From contig JBHLLT010000001.1 of NCBI GenBank assembly GCA_048938855.1, positions 320,124 to 384,123 on the forward strand: DNA of 64,000 nucleotides, written 5' to 3'. Every line of letters starts with the position of its first letter. Within the stretch, counting starts at the first letter, position 1. The DNA comes from Promethearchaeota archaeon. GTDB lineage: Archaea; Asgardarchaeota; Lokiarchaeia; Sigyniarchaeales; SOKP01. The notes under the pieces are model-generated. The model worked only from the letters and a program-made list of their open reading frames with translations. It was not told where the DNA came from and did not search any database. The position numbers and the translations under genes are program-made. Positions 38,718 to 48,452 of this stretch are shown here, one piece after another.

Positions 38718-39560
38718 ATGGTAAAGTATAATATTAGAAAACCAACAGATAAAGAAATTTTAAAATGTATAAATGTACTTTATTCTGCTTTTGATAGACC
38801 TCTCCCAACAAAGATAAAAGTAGAAGAAAAAATATGGAAAGCTTTAATAGAATCAGAAATTGGCACATTCCTTATCTCTGAGGAAAATGGAAAACTTTTC
38901 GGTGTTGGAGGAGTATTTTTTTTCGGGAAAGTCAGTAGTTTTGGATATATGGCTGTATTACCAGAATACAGATGTAAAGGAATAGGAACTGAGATTTTTA
39001 AAAGTTTGTTGGAGATTGCTAATCAAATGAAATGTGAAACAAATTTTCTGTATGCTTCTAAATTAGGAAAACCAATCTATCAAAAATTTGGTTTTCAAGA
39101 AAGCTTTTATGCCACAATGTATCAATTATCAAAACAGAAACCAGAATTTCAAATTCATAATTATAGAGTTAAGGAATTGAAAAAGATTCCAAAATGGATA
39201 TTAAGTCTTGATAAGCAAGCAATAGGATATGATCGTGAAAGATATTTGACGTTTAGAGTCGAATTTGGAGCGAAAATCTTGGCTGTAGAAAATGTAGGGT
39301 TTGGTTTATTAGCAAATTCGCGTTTAGGTCCATTAATAGCAACAAATCAAATTGTTGCTCAACAGATAGTTAAGAAAAGTGTAAATTTAGGTGCTGATCA
39401 TATGATAGTTACGAACCACAACTATATTCCGAAACCATTGTTCAAATCAATAAATCTAGTAGAAGAAGAAAAGAATGCTAATGTTAAGATGGTTCGAGGA
39501 AAAAAACTCTCTGAAAAATTAAGTTTATTGTATGCTATTGCTACATATGCTAAAGGGTAA
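38718..39560 (+). CDS. GNAT acetyltransferase (tandem-domain, YitH-like)
   Basis: MAVLPEYRCKGIG, LYASKLGKPIYQKFGF, D..AIGYDR, LGPLIA. Confidence 0.85.
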   Translation: MVKYNIRKPTDKEILKCINVLYSAFDRPLPTKIKVEEKIWKALIESEIGTFLISEENGKLFGVGGVFFFGKVSSFGYMAVLPEYRCKGIGTEIFKSLLEIANQMKCETNFLYASKLGKPIYQKFGFQESFYATMYQLSKQKPEFQIHNYRVKELKKIPKWILSLDKQAIGYDRERYLTFRVEFGAKILAVENVGFGLLANSRLGPLIATNQIVAQQIVKKSVNLGADHMIVTNHNYIPKPLFKSINLVEEEKNANVKMVRGKKLSEKLSLLYAIATYAKG

Positions 39561-39563
39561 AAG

Positions 39564-40070
39564 TTAATTCTTTATTGATTTTGTTCTACGAATTCGAATT
39601 TTTTTTAATGAAAGTAAATACAAAATTCCTGCAATAAATTGTAAATAGATCGCGACATATGGCCAATAATAGTTGATCCCCCAAAAAGTTGGATACCCCC
39701 TTACAACAATATAGATAACTTGTAAGCCAATTATGAGAAAGAGAGGGGTAGCAATCATAAAAATCCCTCCAATGTAATAATACATTAATTTTAATTGCTG
39801 CTGCCTTTTTTCTTTTAATAATATGAAAAAGATTAAAAAACAACTTACGAAGATAAAAATTGAAGAAATTATACCTGGAATTAAAAATTCTAATTCCAAA
39901 TCAAAGGTAAATCCAATTTCACTTGAATTTAACCCGAAAAAGAGAGTAAGACCCCAAAACCAAAAGTTGTACATATAATTAGGGCTAATATGGAAAATTA
40001 CTGGAGTGAATAATGAAATAATACCAATCATTCCGGAAGATAATGAGATTTTATTATAAACCGATTTCAT
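39564..40070 (-). CDS. Hypothetical membrane protein (~4 TM)
   Basis: Several hydrophobic segments and a basic C-terminal tail. Confidence 0.7.
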   Translation of the reverse strand: MKSVYNKISLSSGMIGIISLFTPVIFHISPNYMYNFWFWGLTLFFGLNSSEIGFTFDLELEFLIPGIISSIFIFVSCFLIFFILLKEKRQQQLKLMYYYIGGIFMIATPLFLIIGLQVIYIVVRGYPTFWGINYYWPYVAIYLQFIAGILYLLSLKKIRIRRTKSIKN

Positions 40071-40196
40071 ACGTTTTAACGATTTTTAATGTGAAGTTTT
40101 ATTAGATTAATTATTATAATTAATTCTATTAAAAATTGATTAAAAAGAGTATCAATCCAATAAATACAAAAAGAAAAAATAAAATAAATTAAAAAA

Positions 40197-42179
40197 TTAA
40201 CCTATTTCAACGTCTATTTTCTTACGTTCTTTAAGTAAATCGTCTACTACAGAAGGATCTGCTAGGGTTGTGACATTTCCAATATCAGTACCGGCAGCAA
40301 TCGCTTTTAAGATTCTTCGCATTATCTTACCACTTCTCGTTTTAGGTAGAGCATCAGCAAATTGTATGACATCAGGTTGGAATACTGGGCCAATCTCATT
40401 TCTTACATGCATTCTTATTTCCTTAGCTAATTTAGCTGATTTTTCAACTCCTTGCATAAGAGTTACATAGGCCCAGATAGCTTGTCCCTTGATTTTATGA
40501 GGAAAAGGAGCGACAGCGGCTTCAGCTACTTGCGGATGACTCACGAGAGCAGACTCTACTTCCATTGTTCCTATTCTATGACCGGATACTTTAATAACAT
40601 CATCAAGTCTACCTAAAATCCAATAGTAGCCATCTTCATCACGTCTAGCACCATCTCCAGTATAATAACATCCAGGATAGCGTTCTAAATAAGTAGAAAT
40701 AAACCTCTCAGTATTGCCCCAAACATCTCTTAACATACCTGGCCAAGGTTGGCCCATTGCGAAATAACCTCCTTCATTGGGTTCGGTTATTACATCACCC
40801 TCTAAGTCAAAGATGACTGGCTTAATACCTAAGAATGGCATACAACAAGAACCAGGTTTAGTTGGTGTTGCTGTTGCAATAGGAGTCATAATAAAACCCC
40901 CTGTTTCTGTTTGCCAATAAGTATCTACTATTGGGCATTTTTCTTTTCCGACTATTCTATGATACCAGGTCCAAGCCTCAGGATTAATTGGTTCTCCAAC
41001 TGTTCCTAACACTTTTAAAGAACTAAGATCATGCTTATTTACTAACTCATCACCAAACCTCATTAAAGCCCTTATAGCTGTAGGGGCAGTATAAAAGTGT
41101 GTTACTTTATGATCTTCACAAATCTGCCAAAATCTATCATTATTAGGGTAAGTCGGAACCCCTTCATACATAAGGGTAGTTGCACCATTTGCCAAAGGTC
41201 CATAAACGATATAACTATGACCGGTAATCCATCCAATGTCTGCTGTACAATACCAGATATCTCCTTCATGGTAATTAAATACAATTCTATGGGAAAAGGA
41301 TGTGTAGAGAATATAGCCTGCTGTGGTGTGTTTTACACCTTTAGGTTTTCCCGTTGTTCCACTTGTGTATAAAATAAACAATGTATCCTCAGAATCCATG
41401 ACCTCAGGTTCACATTCTTCACTCATACCATCTATGAATTCATGATACCAGATATCTCTACTAGTATGAGGAACTTCATTTCCTGATCGTTTCACAACAA
41501 TAACATGTTCTATTGTTGGAACTTCATCAATTATTTGTACAACATCAGCCATTTTTGGATAATATTTTCCTGCTCTTACAGTTTCATCACTAGTAAATAA
41601 TAGTCTTGAGTCGGAGTCGTCAACTCTATCTTTCACAGCTTCTTTAGAAAATCCTCCAAATACAATTGAATGAATGACTCCAATCCGAGCACACGCTAAC
41701 ATAATTATTGCTAATTCTGGAATCATTGGTAACCATATTGTAACTCGATCTCCTTTTTTCAAGCCAAGTTTCCTCATCCCATTTGCGACTTTATTCACTT
41801 CCCTTAAAAGTTCATTATATGTATAGGTCTTTGCTTGACGAGGTTCATCAGCTTCCCATATAATAGCTAATTTATCTCCATTCCCTGCTTTCACATGTCG
41901 ATCTAAGCAATTAAATGCTACATTTAGTTTTCCACCAACAAACCATTTTCCGGGGAATAAATCTGTTTTTTCCCATACTTTTTCATATGGTTCAATCCAA
42001 TCTAGTGATTTTGCTTGTTCTCCCCAAAATCCTTCCATATCTTCAATAGATTGTTGATAAAGCTTTTTGTATTCTTCCGAGGAAATCCCTGTTTTTACAA
42101 ATTCGGGATTCAAGTCTTTAGGATTAAAAATGCGGTTCTCGGTTAAAATACTTTCCATTTTATTGTCTTCTTCAGACAT
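40197..42179 (-). CDS. acsA: AMP-forming acetyl-CoA synthetase
   Basis: LYTSGTTGKPKG, CTADIGWITGHSY, TVGEPINP, DTYWQTETGG, YTGDGA, GRLDDVIKVSGHRIG, PKTRSGKIMRR. Confidence 0.96.
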   Translation of the reverse strand: MSEEDNKMESILTENRIFNPKDLNPEFVKTGISSEEYKKLYQQSIEDMEGFWGEQAKSLDWIEPYEKVWEKTDLFPGKWFVGGKLNVAFNCLDRHVKAGNGDKLAIIWEADEPRQAKTYTYNELLREVNKVANGMRKLGLKKGDRVTIWLPMIPELAIIMLACARIGVIHSIVFGGFSKEAVKDRVDDSDSRLLFTSDETVRAGKYYPKMADVVQIIDEVPTIEHVIVVKRSGNEVPHTSRDIWYHEFIDGMSEECEPEVMDSEDTLFILYTSGTTGKPKGVKHTTAGYILYTSFSHRIVFNYHEGDIWYCTADIGWITGHSYIVYGPLANGATTLMYEGVPTYPNNDRFWQICEDHKVTHFYTAPTAIRALMRFGDELVNKHDLSSLKVLGTVGEPINPEAWTWYHRIVGKEKCPIVDTYWQTETGGFIMTPIATATPTKPGSCCMPFLGIKPVIFDLEGDVITEPNEGGYFAMGQPWPGMLRDVWGNTERFISTYLERYPGCYYTGDGARRDEDGYYWILGRLDDVIKVSGHRIGTMEVESALVSHPQVAEAAVAPFPHKIKGQAIWAYVTLMQGVEKSAKLAKEIRMHVRNEIGPVFQPDVIQFADALPKTRSGKIMRRILKAIAAGTDIGNVTTLADPSVVDDLLKERKKIDVEIG

Positions 42180-42588
42180 ATTACTTCACATTATTAGTTT
42201 TTTTCGTATAAGATTATATTCATTTGATATTTAACTAAATTCTATAAAAATTTTAAAGATCTCTTTCCACCCTCATCAATTTTAAAGTTTTTGGTTTAAT
42301 ATAAACAAGAGGGAAACAATTGAGAATTATTTTGTATTGCTTTTAAACATTTTATTTATAGATCAATTAAGATGAGCCTTATTACATAGGATTTAATAAT
42401 CTAGATATTTGAAAAGTTAATTTTTTATTAGAGTGGTAAATTCTAAATTTGAGAGGAAGTATAATTTTTAAACCCATTTTATTTAAACTTTCAAAAACAA
42501 TATAATATTGTTATTTTTAATTGAAGCTTATATAATAAATAATATTTGAATAAAATAACAAAAAATTTTGAGGAAGTAGATCAATTTT

Positions 42589-44478
42589 ATGACATTTGAT
42601 TGGAGGGAACAGTGGAAAGATAAGGAAATCTCAGTATCAGAAGCAATAGAGAAAATAATACCCGGGAATCGAGTTTTTATTGATTCTGGATGTGCTGAAC
42701 CGCAATTGTTAACATCAGAATTAATCAAACACTCAGAAAAGTTAATTGATACTGAAATTCTTCATTTTTTAACAATTGGCCCTGAAAAATATTTTAAGGA
42801 TAAAGCTGAAGATCTTTTTAGACATAATGCTTTTTTCATAGGAAAGACCCTACGTGAGGAAATAAATAGAGGACAAGCAGATTATACACCGATATACGCT
42901 AGTGAAATTCCTTCTTTGTTTCAATCAGGTAGAAAACATATTGATGTAGCCCTTATCCAAGTTACTCCTCCTGATCCATATGGTTTTTGTTCCTTAGGAA
43001 TTAATGTTGATATTGCAAAACCAATAGCACAATCATCTTACCTTACTATTGCAGAAATTAATCCTCAAATGCCTCGAACTTTGGGAAATAGTTTTATTCA
43101 TATGAAAGAAATAGACTATTTTGTGTATAATGACACTCCTTTGCTACAATTTTATTTTGATGAACCAGATGAAATTGCACAAAGAATAGGAAGAAATTTG
43201 GCTAATTTAATTGAAAACAAATCAACCATTCACATAGGGTTCGGCGATCTTCCCAATGCGGCTTTAAAGTATTTAGAAGATAAAAAGGATCTTGGAATGC
43301 ATTCTCATTATATTACAGATAATGTAATACCACTTATTGAAGGAGGAGTATTAACATGTCGAAAGAAAAATTTTCATCCTGAAAAAATCATAACCAGTTT
43401 TGCTCTAGGAACTAAAAAATTATACAATTTCATACAAAATAATCCTTATATAGAATTTTTTCCTTCTGATTATGTCTGTAATCCAAAGTATATTGGCATG
43501 AATAAAAATATGGTCTCAATAAATTCCGCCCGACAGATTGATTTAACAGGGCAAGTAAATGCAGCAACCGAAGGTTATCGTTTCTATTCTGGATTAGGCG
43601 AGACTATTGATTTTATGAGGGGGGCTGCATTTTCTAAAGGAGGAAAGCCTATTATAATAATCCCTTCAACATCTAGAGATGGTAAAAAATCACGTATAGT
43701 ACCTCATTTAGATGAAGGTGCTGGAATATTATTGTCTCGTGGCGATGTTCATTATGTTGTAACTGAGTGGGGTGTAGCTTACCTTCATGGTAAAACTATT
43801 CGTGAAAGAGTTCTTGAATTGATTTGTATAGCACACCCAAAATTCCGACAAACACTTTTAGATGAAGCTAAGAAATTAAATTATATTTTTTCTGATCAAA
43901 TGCTTCCGTGCGATGAAGATGGTCGAATCTGTTTATATCCCTCGGAATATGAAACAATTTTTATAACAAAAGATAAAGAAAAAATAAATATTCGCCCTGT
44001 AAAAACTACAGATGAACAAGCATTAAAAGAATTGTATTATTCTTTAAATGAAAGAGATAGGTATTTAAGATTTTTCGAATTGAGGAAGGAATTCACTCAT
44101 TCAAAAACTCAGAGTGAAGTAAATATTGATTATGACAATGTATTTTCATTAGGAGCATTTATTGGGGAAATAGGTAAAGAAGAAATGATAGGAAGCGCTA
44201 CTTATTATTTAAATCCTGAAATGAATATGGCAGAGTATAGTTTTTTGGTTAGAGAAGATTATAGGGGAAAAGGTGTTGGGACTTTTTTATACCAACATAT
44301 TATTATTATCGCCAAGGAGAAAGGTATAAAGGGATTCTATGGGAACATCCACATTCAAAATAAAGAAACAATTCGTGTTATTCATAAGGGAGGTTATACT
44401 AAGATAACTCCTCCAGATATCGGAGAAAAAGAATTGTTTTACAGAGTCTTCTTTGATAAAGAGGATGCTATTAAATAA
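42589..44478 (+). CDS. Acetyl-CoA hydrolase/CoA-transferase-like domain fused to a Pat-type GNAT acetyltransferase
   Basis: IDVALIQVTPPD, EINPQMPRT, IDLTGQV, DFMRGA, VVTEWG..LHGK, IAHPKFR. C-terminal IRPVK..D..LYYSL..RYLRFF..AEYSFLV..YRGKGVG. Confidence 0.9.
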   Translation: MTFDWREQWKDKEISVSEAIEKIIPGNRVFIDSGCAEPQLLTSELIKHSEKLIDTEILHFLTIGPEKYFKDKAEDLFRHNAFFIGKTLREEINRGQADYTPIYASEIPSLFQSGRKHIDVALIQVTPPDPYGFCSLGINVDIAKPIAQSSYLTIAEINPQMPRTLGNSFIHMKEIDYFVYNDTPLLQFYFDEPDEIAQRIGRNLANLIENKSTIHIGFGDLPNAALKYLEDKKDLGMHSHYITDNVIPLIEGGVLTCRKKNFHPEKIITSFALGTKKLYNFIQNNPYIEFFPSDYVCNPKYIGMNKNMVSINSARQIDLTGQVNAATEGYRFYSGLGETIDFMRGAAFSKGGKPIIIIPSTSRDGKKSRIVPHLDEGAGILLSRGDVHYVVTEWGVAYLHGKTIRERVLELICIAHPKFRQTLLDEAKKLNYIFSDQMLPCDEDGRICLYPSEYETIFITKDKEKINIRPVKTTDEQALKELYYSLNERDRYLRFFELRKEFTHSKTQSEVNIDYDNVFSLGAFIGEIGKEEMIGSATYYLNPEMNMAEYSFLVREDYRGKGVGTFLYQHIIIIAKEKGIKGFYGNIHIQNKETIRVIHKGGYTKITPPDIGEKELFYRVFFDKEDAIK

Positions 44479-44527
44479 ATTATCCATATTTTTATTTTTC
44501 TTCTTTAATTAATGTTCTTGTTGTTAT

Positions 44528-45322
44528 ATGAGATTTAAATTTACAGATTTTCATGTTCACACCAGACCATGGAGTACAGATGTAGCACAAGATGGCCCTA
44601 CTTTTGAAGATTATATCGAAGTAGCACAAGAGCATCAAATTAATGTCTGTTTCCTAAACCATTATGAACTTTATTATGTAGAGAACGACAAGACTAATCC
44701 ATTCTATAATGGAAAAATTAATAACTATCTTGAAGAGATCGATGTATTAAAAGAGACCTATGATTTCATACTCAGTGGATTAGAAGTTGAATATTATGAG
44801 AATAAGGAACTTAAGATAATTGAATTTATGGATGATTACAGTAAAGAATTTGATTTTATTGGGGGTTCTATTCATGAATGGATAATTGGATATCCTATTA
44901 CCACAAAATCAGGATTAGAAAGACTACTTGAAAAAATACCAATGAAAAAAATTATAGATGACTATTTTAACATAAGTACAAAAATGATTAATTCCCAAAT
45001 TTTCAAAAATATATGCCATCTTGACACTATCTTTCGCTATATTAATAATAATGAGTTCGTACCCGAAAATAATTGTGATGTATCTGATAATCGAATATTA
45101 GAATTAGGTAGATTATGCATAAAAAACAATCTACGAGTAGAAATGAATTTATCGGGATTACGATTTCCAATAAAAAGATCATTTCCTTCTATGGATGTGA
45201 TAAAAACATTAAAAAAAGAAGGGGGTAATATATTTGTGGGATCTGATTCACATTCTTTAGATTATTTTAAAGAACAAATCCCTAAAGTAATAGAAGCTTA
45301 TAGAGTAATAAATGCACATTAA
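44528..45322 (+). CDS. PHP-family phosphoesterase (HisJ/HisK-like)
   Basis: DFHVHT, GLEVEY, DFIGGSIH, CHLD, EMN, GSDSH. Confidence 0.88.
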   Translation: MRFKFTDFHVHTRPWSTDVAQDGPTFEDYIEVAQEHQINVCFLNHYELYYVENDKTNPFYNGKINNYLEEIDVLKETYDFILSGLEVEYYENKELKIIEFMDDYSKEFDFIGGSIHEWIIGYPITTKSGLERLLEKIPMKKIIDDYFNISTKMINSQIFKNICHLDTIFRYINNNEFVPENNCDVSDNRILELGRLCIKNNLRVEMNLSGLRFPIKRSFPSMDVIKTLKKEGGNIFVGSDSHSLDYFKEQIPKVIEAYRVINAH

Positions 45323-45345
45323 ACATTTTAGGAATTAAGGTTAAT

Positions 45346-46065
45346 ATGGAATTTAAAGAATTTTCAAATAAAATTGATAAATGGGATCAAAAGATTATTT
45401 TAAAATATAATGGATTTGGTGGTAGACCATTCACTATTTTTCTTAGAATACTTTCCTTTTTTGGTCGAGAAACTCTGTGGCTTTTGTTAATCGCTTTTTA
45501 TCTATTTGTTTGGTATGATCCATTTTTATTATCTTATATATCTGCTACATTTCTTACAGGATTATTTTTAATTTTAATCATAAAATATTTAGTAAAAAGG
45601 AAAAGACCATTTGAAAGATTTGAAGAAGGAAAAATAGTGGTTTTAGAGGGAAAACCTACCTCGAGAAGCTTTCCTTCATGGCATTCTTATAATGTTACGT
45701 CACAGGGTCTATTGTTTAGCCTAATTTTTATTAAATCACCAATTATTAGTATTTTACTTCTCATACTTGTGGTGGTAGTTTCTTTTTCAAGAATTCAACT
45801 TGGTGTTCATTATCCTTCTGATGTCATATTTGGTTGCATTTTTGGTATAGCAGGATTTTTTATATCAATATTTTTAATCAGTCCTCTTATATTAAAACTA
45901 TTAACCTATCTAGAACAGTTTATACCATTTGAAATTCAATATCAAGGAATAAACTCATTATTATTCAGTAACATATGGTATATGCTACTCTCGATTAGTG
46001 TGTTTCTTGCGATTCTTGTTCTAAGTTTATATAAAAAAATTTTAGGATTATTTAAGAAATATTAG
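45346..46065 (+). CDS. PAP2-family membrane phosphatase
   Basis: KYLVKRKRP, SFPSWHS, SRIQLGVHYPSDV. Confidence 0.92.
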   Translation: MEFKEFSNKIDKWDQKIILKYNGFGGRPFTIFLRILSFFGRETLWLLLIAFYLFVWYDPFLLSYISATFLTGLFLILIIKYLVKRKRPFERFEEGKIVVLEGKPTSRSFPSWHSYNVTSQGLLFSLIFIKSPIISILLLILVVVVSFSRIQLGVHYPSDVIFGCIFGIAGFFISIFLISPLILKLLTYLEQFIPFEIQYQGINSLLFSNIWYMLLSISVFLAILVLSLYKKILGLFKKY

Positions 46066-46074
46066 AGAAAGAAG

Positions 46075-47322
46075 TTAAAGATTTAGACTTTTTCTCTTGC
46101 TAAATAAATCTTTTAATTCATTAAGGACATTTAAGCGAGTATTTTCTTGACGACGTGGAGCTGGTTGATTAGGGTTAGCAATTTCAATAGGGATACCACT
46201 TTGAGCAACTTGAAAAGCTCCCGATTCTATAGCTCTGAGTCGGTTATCAATATCATTGAGTTGCATTGATATACTTTCAGATAAACGTATAACTGCATTT
46301 AACGTTTCTTCTAATGTCTTACCAAGACCCTCTACTTTTCGTACCGTAGGATCGGTTAAAGAATGACCTGCACTCATCAAATTTTTTACATATTTAGCAA
46401 ATTGAGGTTCACGAGAAATGAGAGAATATATTGATGTTAAGTAGATCTCAATTTCAAAATTAATGTTTTTATCTTTTATTAGTTCATTTAGGTTATCTTT
46501 AACAAGTTCAATATTTAAGAGTATCTTTGGATCATTTTTCAAATCTGGATCATATTTGTGGAGGAATAATAATATATATGGATTTTCTTCTAATAAAGTA
46601 ATTGACTCCATGATTTTTTCAAAATATTTAAGAGATTCCTCAAACCTTTCGGGTCGTTGTACATCAATCACATATATAAGTAAATCTAACTCGACAAAAT
46701 ATTGTTCTGGATTATTTAAATACCGTTCTCGGTATTCTTCTTGCCCACCTAAATCCCAAATATATAAAGATAAAGTTTCACTCCCAAACTTCATCCGAAC
46801 AACTCCTTTGGTTGGATGAGTATCTATCAAATCACCAATACCTAAACGTCCGCCAAATTTAGATAAGAGTGAAGTTTTCCCTGCTTCATCCAATCCAACA
46901 CATAATACTTTTTGTTTAGTTGTTTCAAGTCCTTCTTTTTCTTCTTTAACACTAGTAATAAGAGAACTAATTGTTGCTGCTTTCTTAAGCTGAGTTTCCA
47001 GATTAGGATATTTTCCTTTTAATTCCTCAATTTTCTTCTGCAGATCAATGGCCAATCCAATTGAATCGTCTGTTTCTTCAATTTCAATCAAACTGCCAAA
47101 CGGATTTTCTTTATTTAATTTTGAAGCATCTCTAATAGTCGATATGTTAAATAGTTGTTTTATGATTTCGGATTCTTCTTTGTCAATAAATTTATATGAA
47201 TCAATGTGTAATTTTAAGATATCATCAATTTCTTTTAATTTATCAGTTTTAGCAAATTTAGGTTCTAGAAATTTTGAGATGACATTTATCAAGCTAGAGA
47301 CTTCAGTAGACATAGTAATCAA
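46075..47322 (-). CDS. Arf-like GTPase with N-terminal helical/HhH-like extension and C-terminal coiled coil
   Basis: GLDEAGKTS, PTKG, WDLGGQEEYR, IYVID, HKYD, TSI. Confidence 0.85.
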   Translation of the reverse strand: MITMSTEVSSLINVISKFLEPKFAKTDKLKEIDDILKLHIDSYKFIDKEESEIIKQLFNISTIRDASKLNKENPFGSLIEIEETDDSIGLAIDLQKKIEELKGKYPNLETQLKKAATISSLITSVKEEKEGLETTKQKVLCVGLDEAGKTSLLSKFGGRLGIGDLIDTHPTKGVVRMKFGSETLSLYIWDLGGQEEYRERYLNNPEQYFVELDLLIYVIDVQRPERFEESLKYFEKIMESITLLEENPYILLFLHKYDPDLKNDPKILLNIELVKDNLNELIKDKNINFEIEIYLTSIYSLISREPQFAKYVKNLMSAGHSLTDPTVRKVEGLGKTLEETLNAVIRLSESISMQLNDIDNRLRAIESGAFQVAQSGIPIEIANPNQPAPRRQENTRLNVLNELKDLFSKRKSLNL

Positions 47323-47515
47323 CGATCTTTCTTTATTATTAATAGGTTGATTTAATTTTTATTCTTAATTATTACTATACTAGTTAAAAAGATAAAGATA
47401 TAAATTTTTCACAAGTTTAATTGAAATTGATCACACTTATATATTTTAGAATTTATGTAATTCTAAGAAGTTAAAATTAAAAATTCAATTACAATCCTTC
47501 AGCATCTTATAAACT

Positions 47516-48439
47516 ATGCCAGCACATTTTGAAGATGACGATTTTTTTGAAGATGGAGCAGAGGAAGGACCACCATGTTGTGATAGTCCAAAGATAAGTG
47601 AAGAAGATGGCTTCTATGTTTGTTTAAATTGTGGTTTTGTTTACTCACGTATTCTTGATGATAGTCCTCGAAGAGCTTTTACTCAGGAAGAAATTCAAAA
47701 ACGAAAAAGCAACGAGAGGGTATATAGCCCTATTGGTCCAAGAACAATTATAAGAGGTTCTAGAGATGCTAGAGGTACTCTACTTAGCCCAAAATATAAG
47801 TCAAAATTTAATCGATTAGCTAAAATTCATAGATCACTAACTACTAGCTATGAGAGAAATTTATGGATTGCTTTGCCAAATTTACAACGTTTACAAAAAA
47901 GACTTGGTATTCCAGATGCAGTAGCAGAAGATGCTCTTCGCATTTACACTCAGACAGTAAAGAAAAAGTTGACAATGGGCCGGAGTATTGACACTTTACT
48001 GTCTGCTTCGATTTTTGCAGCTTTGCGAGTACATGGTATACCCAGAACTGCCGAAGAAATTACTAAAGTTGCTCAGATTCCTAAAAAGAAAGTGATTAAA
48101 AGTTATCGCTTAATACTGATGGAAGTTTTACCTAAATTAGGTTTGAAAGTGACCCATTTTTCTAGTGAACGTTATGTGGATAAATTTAATGAAGAACTAA
48201 AGCTTTCTATGAAATGCCGAAACATTGCGGTTAAGATCATTGAAAAGGCTAGAGAGAGTGGATTTAATTCCGCTGGAAAGGATCCTAAAGGAATTGCTGC
48301 CGCTGCTATCTATATAGGCTCCAAAATTTGCAATGAAAATAGAACCCAGAAAGAAATTAGCAAGTTGGCGCGGGTTACTGAAGTCACTCTCCGAATGAGA
48401 GTAAAGGATTTACAGAAATATGCTAATATGGTCGATTAA
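47516..48439 (+). CDS. tfb: Transcription initiation factor TFB (divergent paralog)
   Basis: Zn ribbon CCD..VCLNCG, ERNL..AL, GRSI, IPRT, GKDPKGIAAAAIY, TQKEI..VTEVTLR cyclin repeats. Confidence 0.92.
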   Translation: MPAHFEDDDFFEDGAEEGPPCCDSPKISEEDGFYVCLNCGFVYSRILDDSPRRAFTQEEIQKRKSNERVYSPIGPRTIIRGSRDARGTLLSPKYKSKFNRLAKIHRSLTTSYERNLWIALPNLQRLQKRLGIPDAVAEDALRIYTQTVKKKLTMGRSIDTLLSASIFAALRVHGIPRTAEEITKVAQIPKKKVIKSYRLILMEVLPKLGLKVTHFSSERYVDKFNEELKLSMKCRNIAVKIIEKARESGFNSAGKDPKGIAAAAIYIGSKICNENRTQKEISKLARVTEVTLRMRVKDLQKYANMVD

Positions 48440-48452
48440 AATATTAATATTC

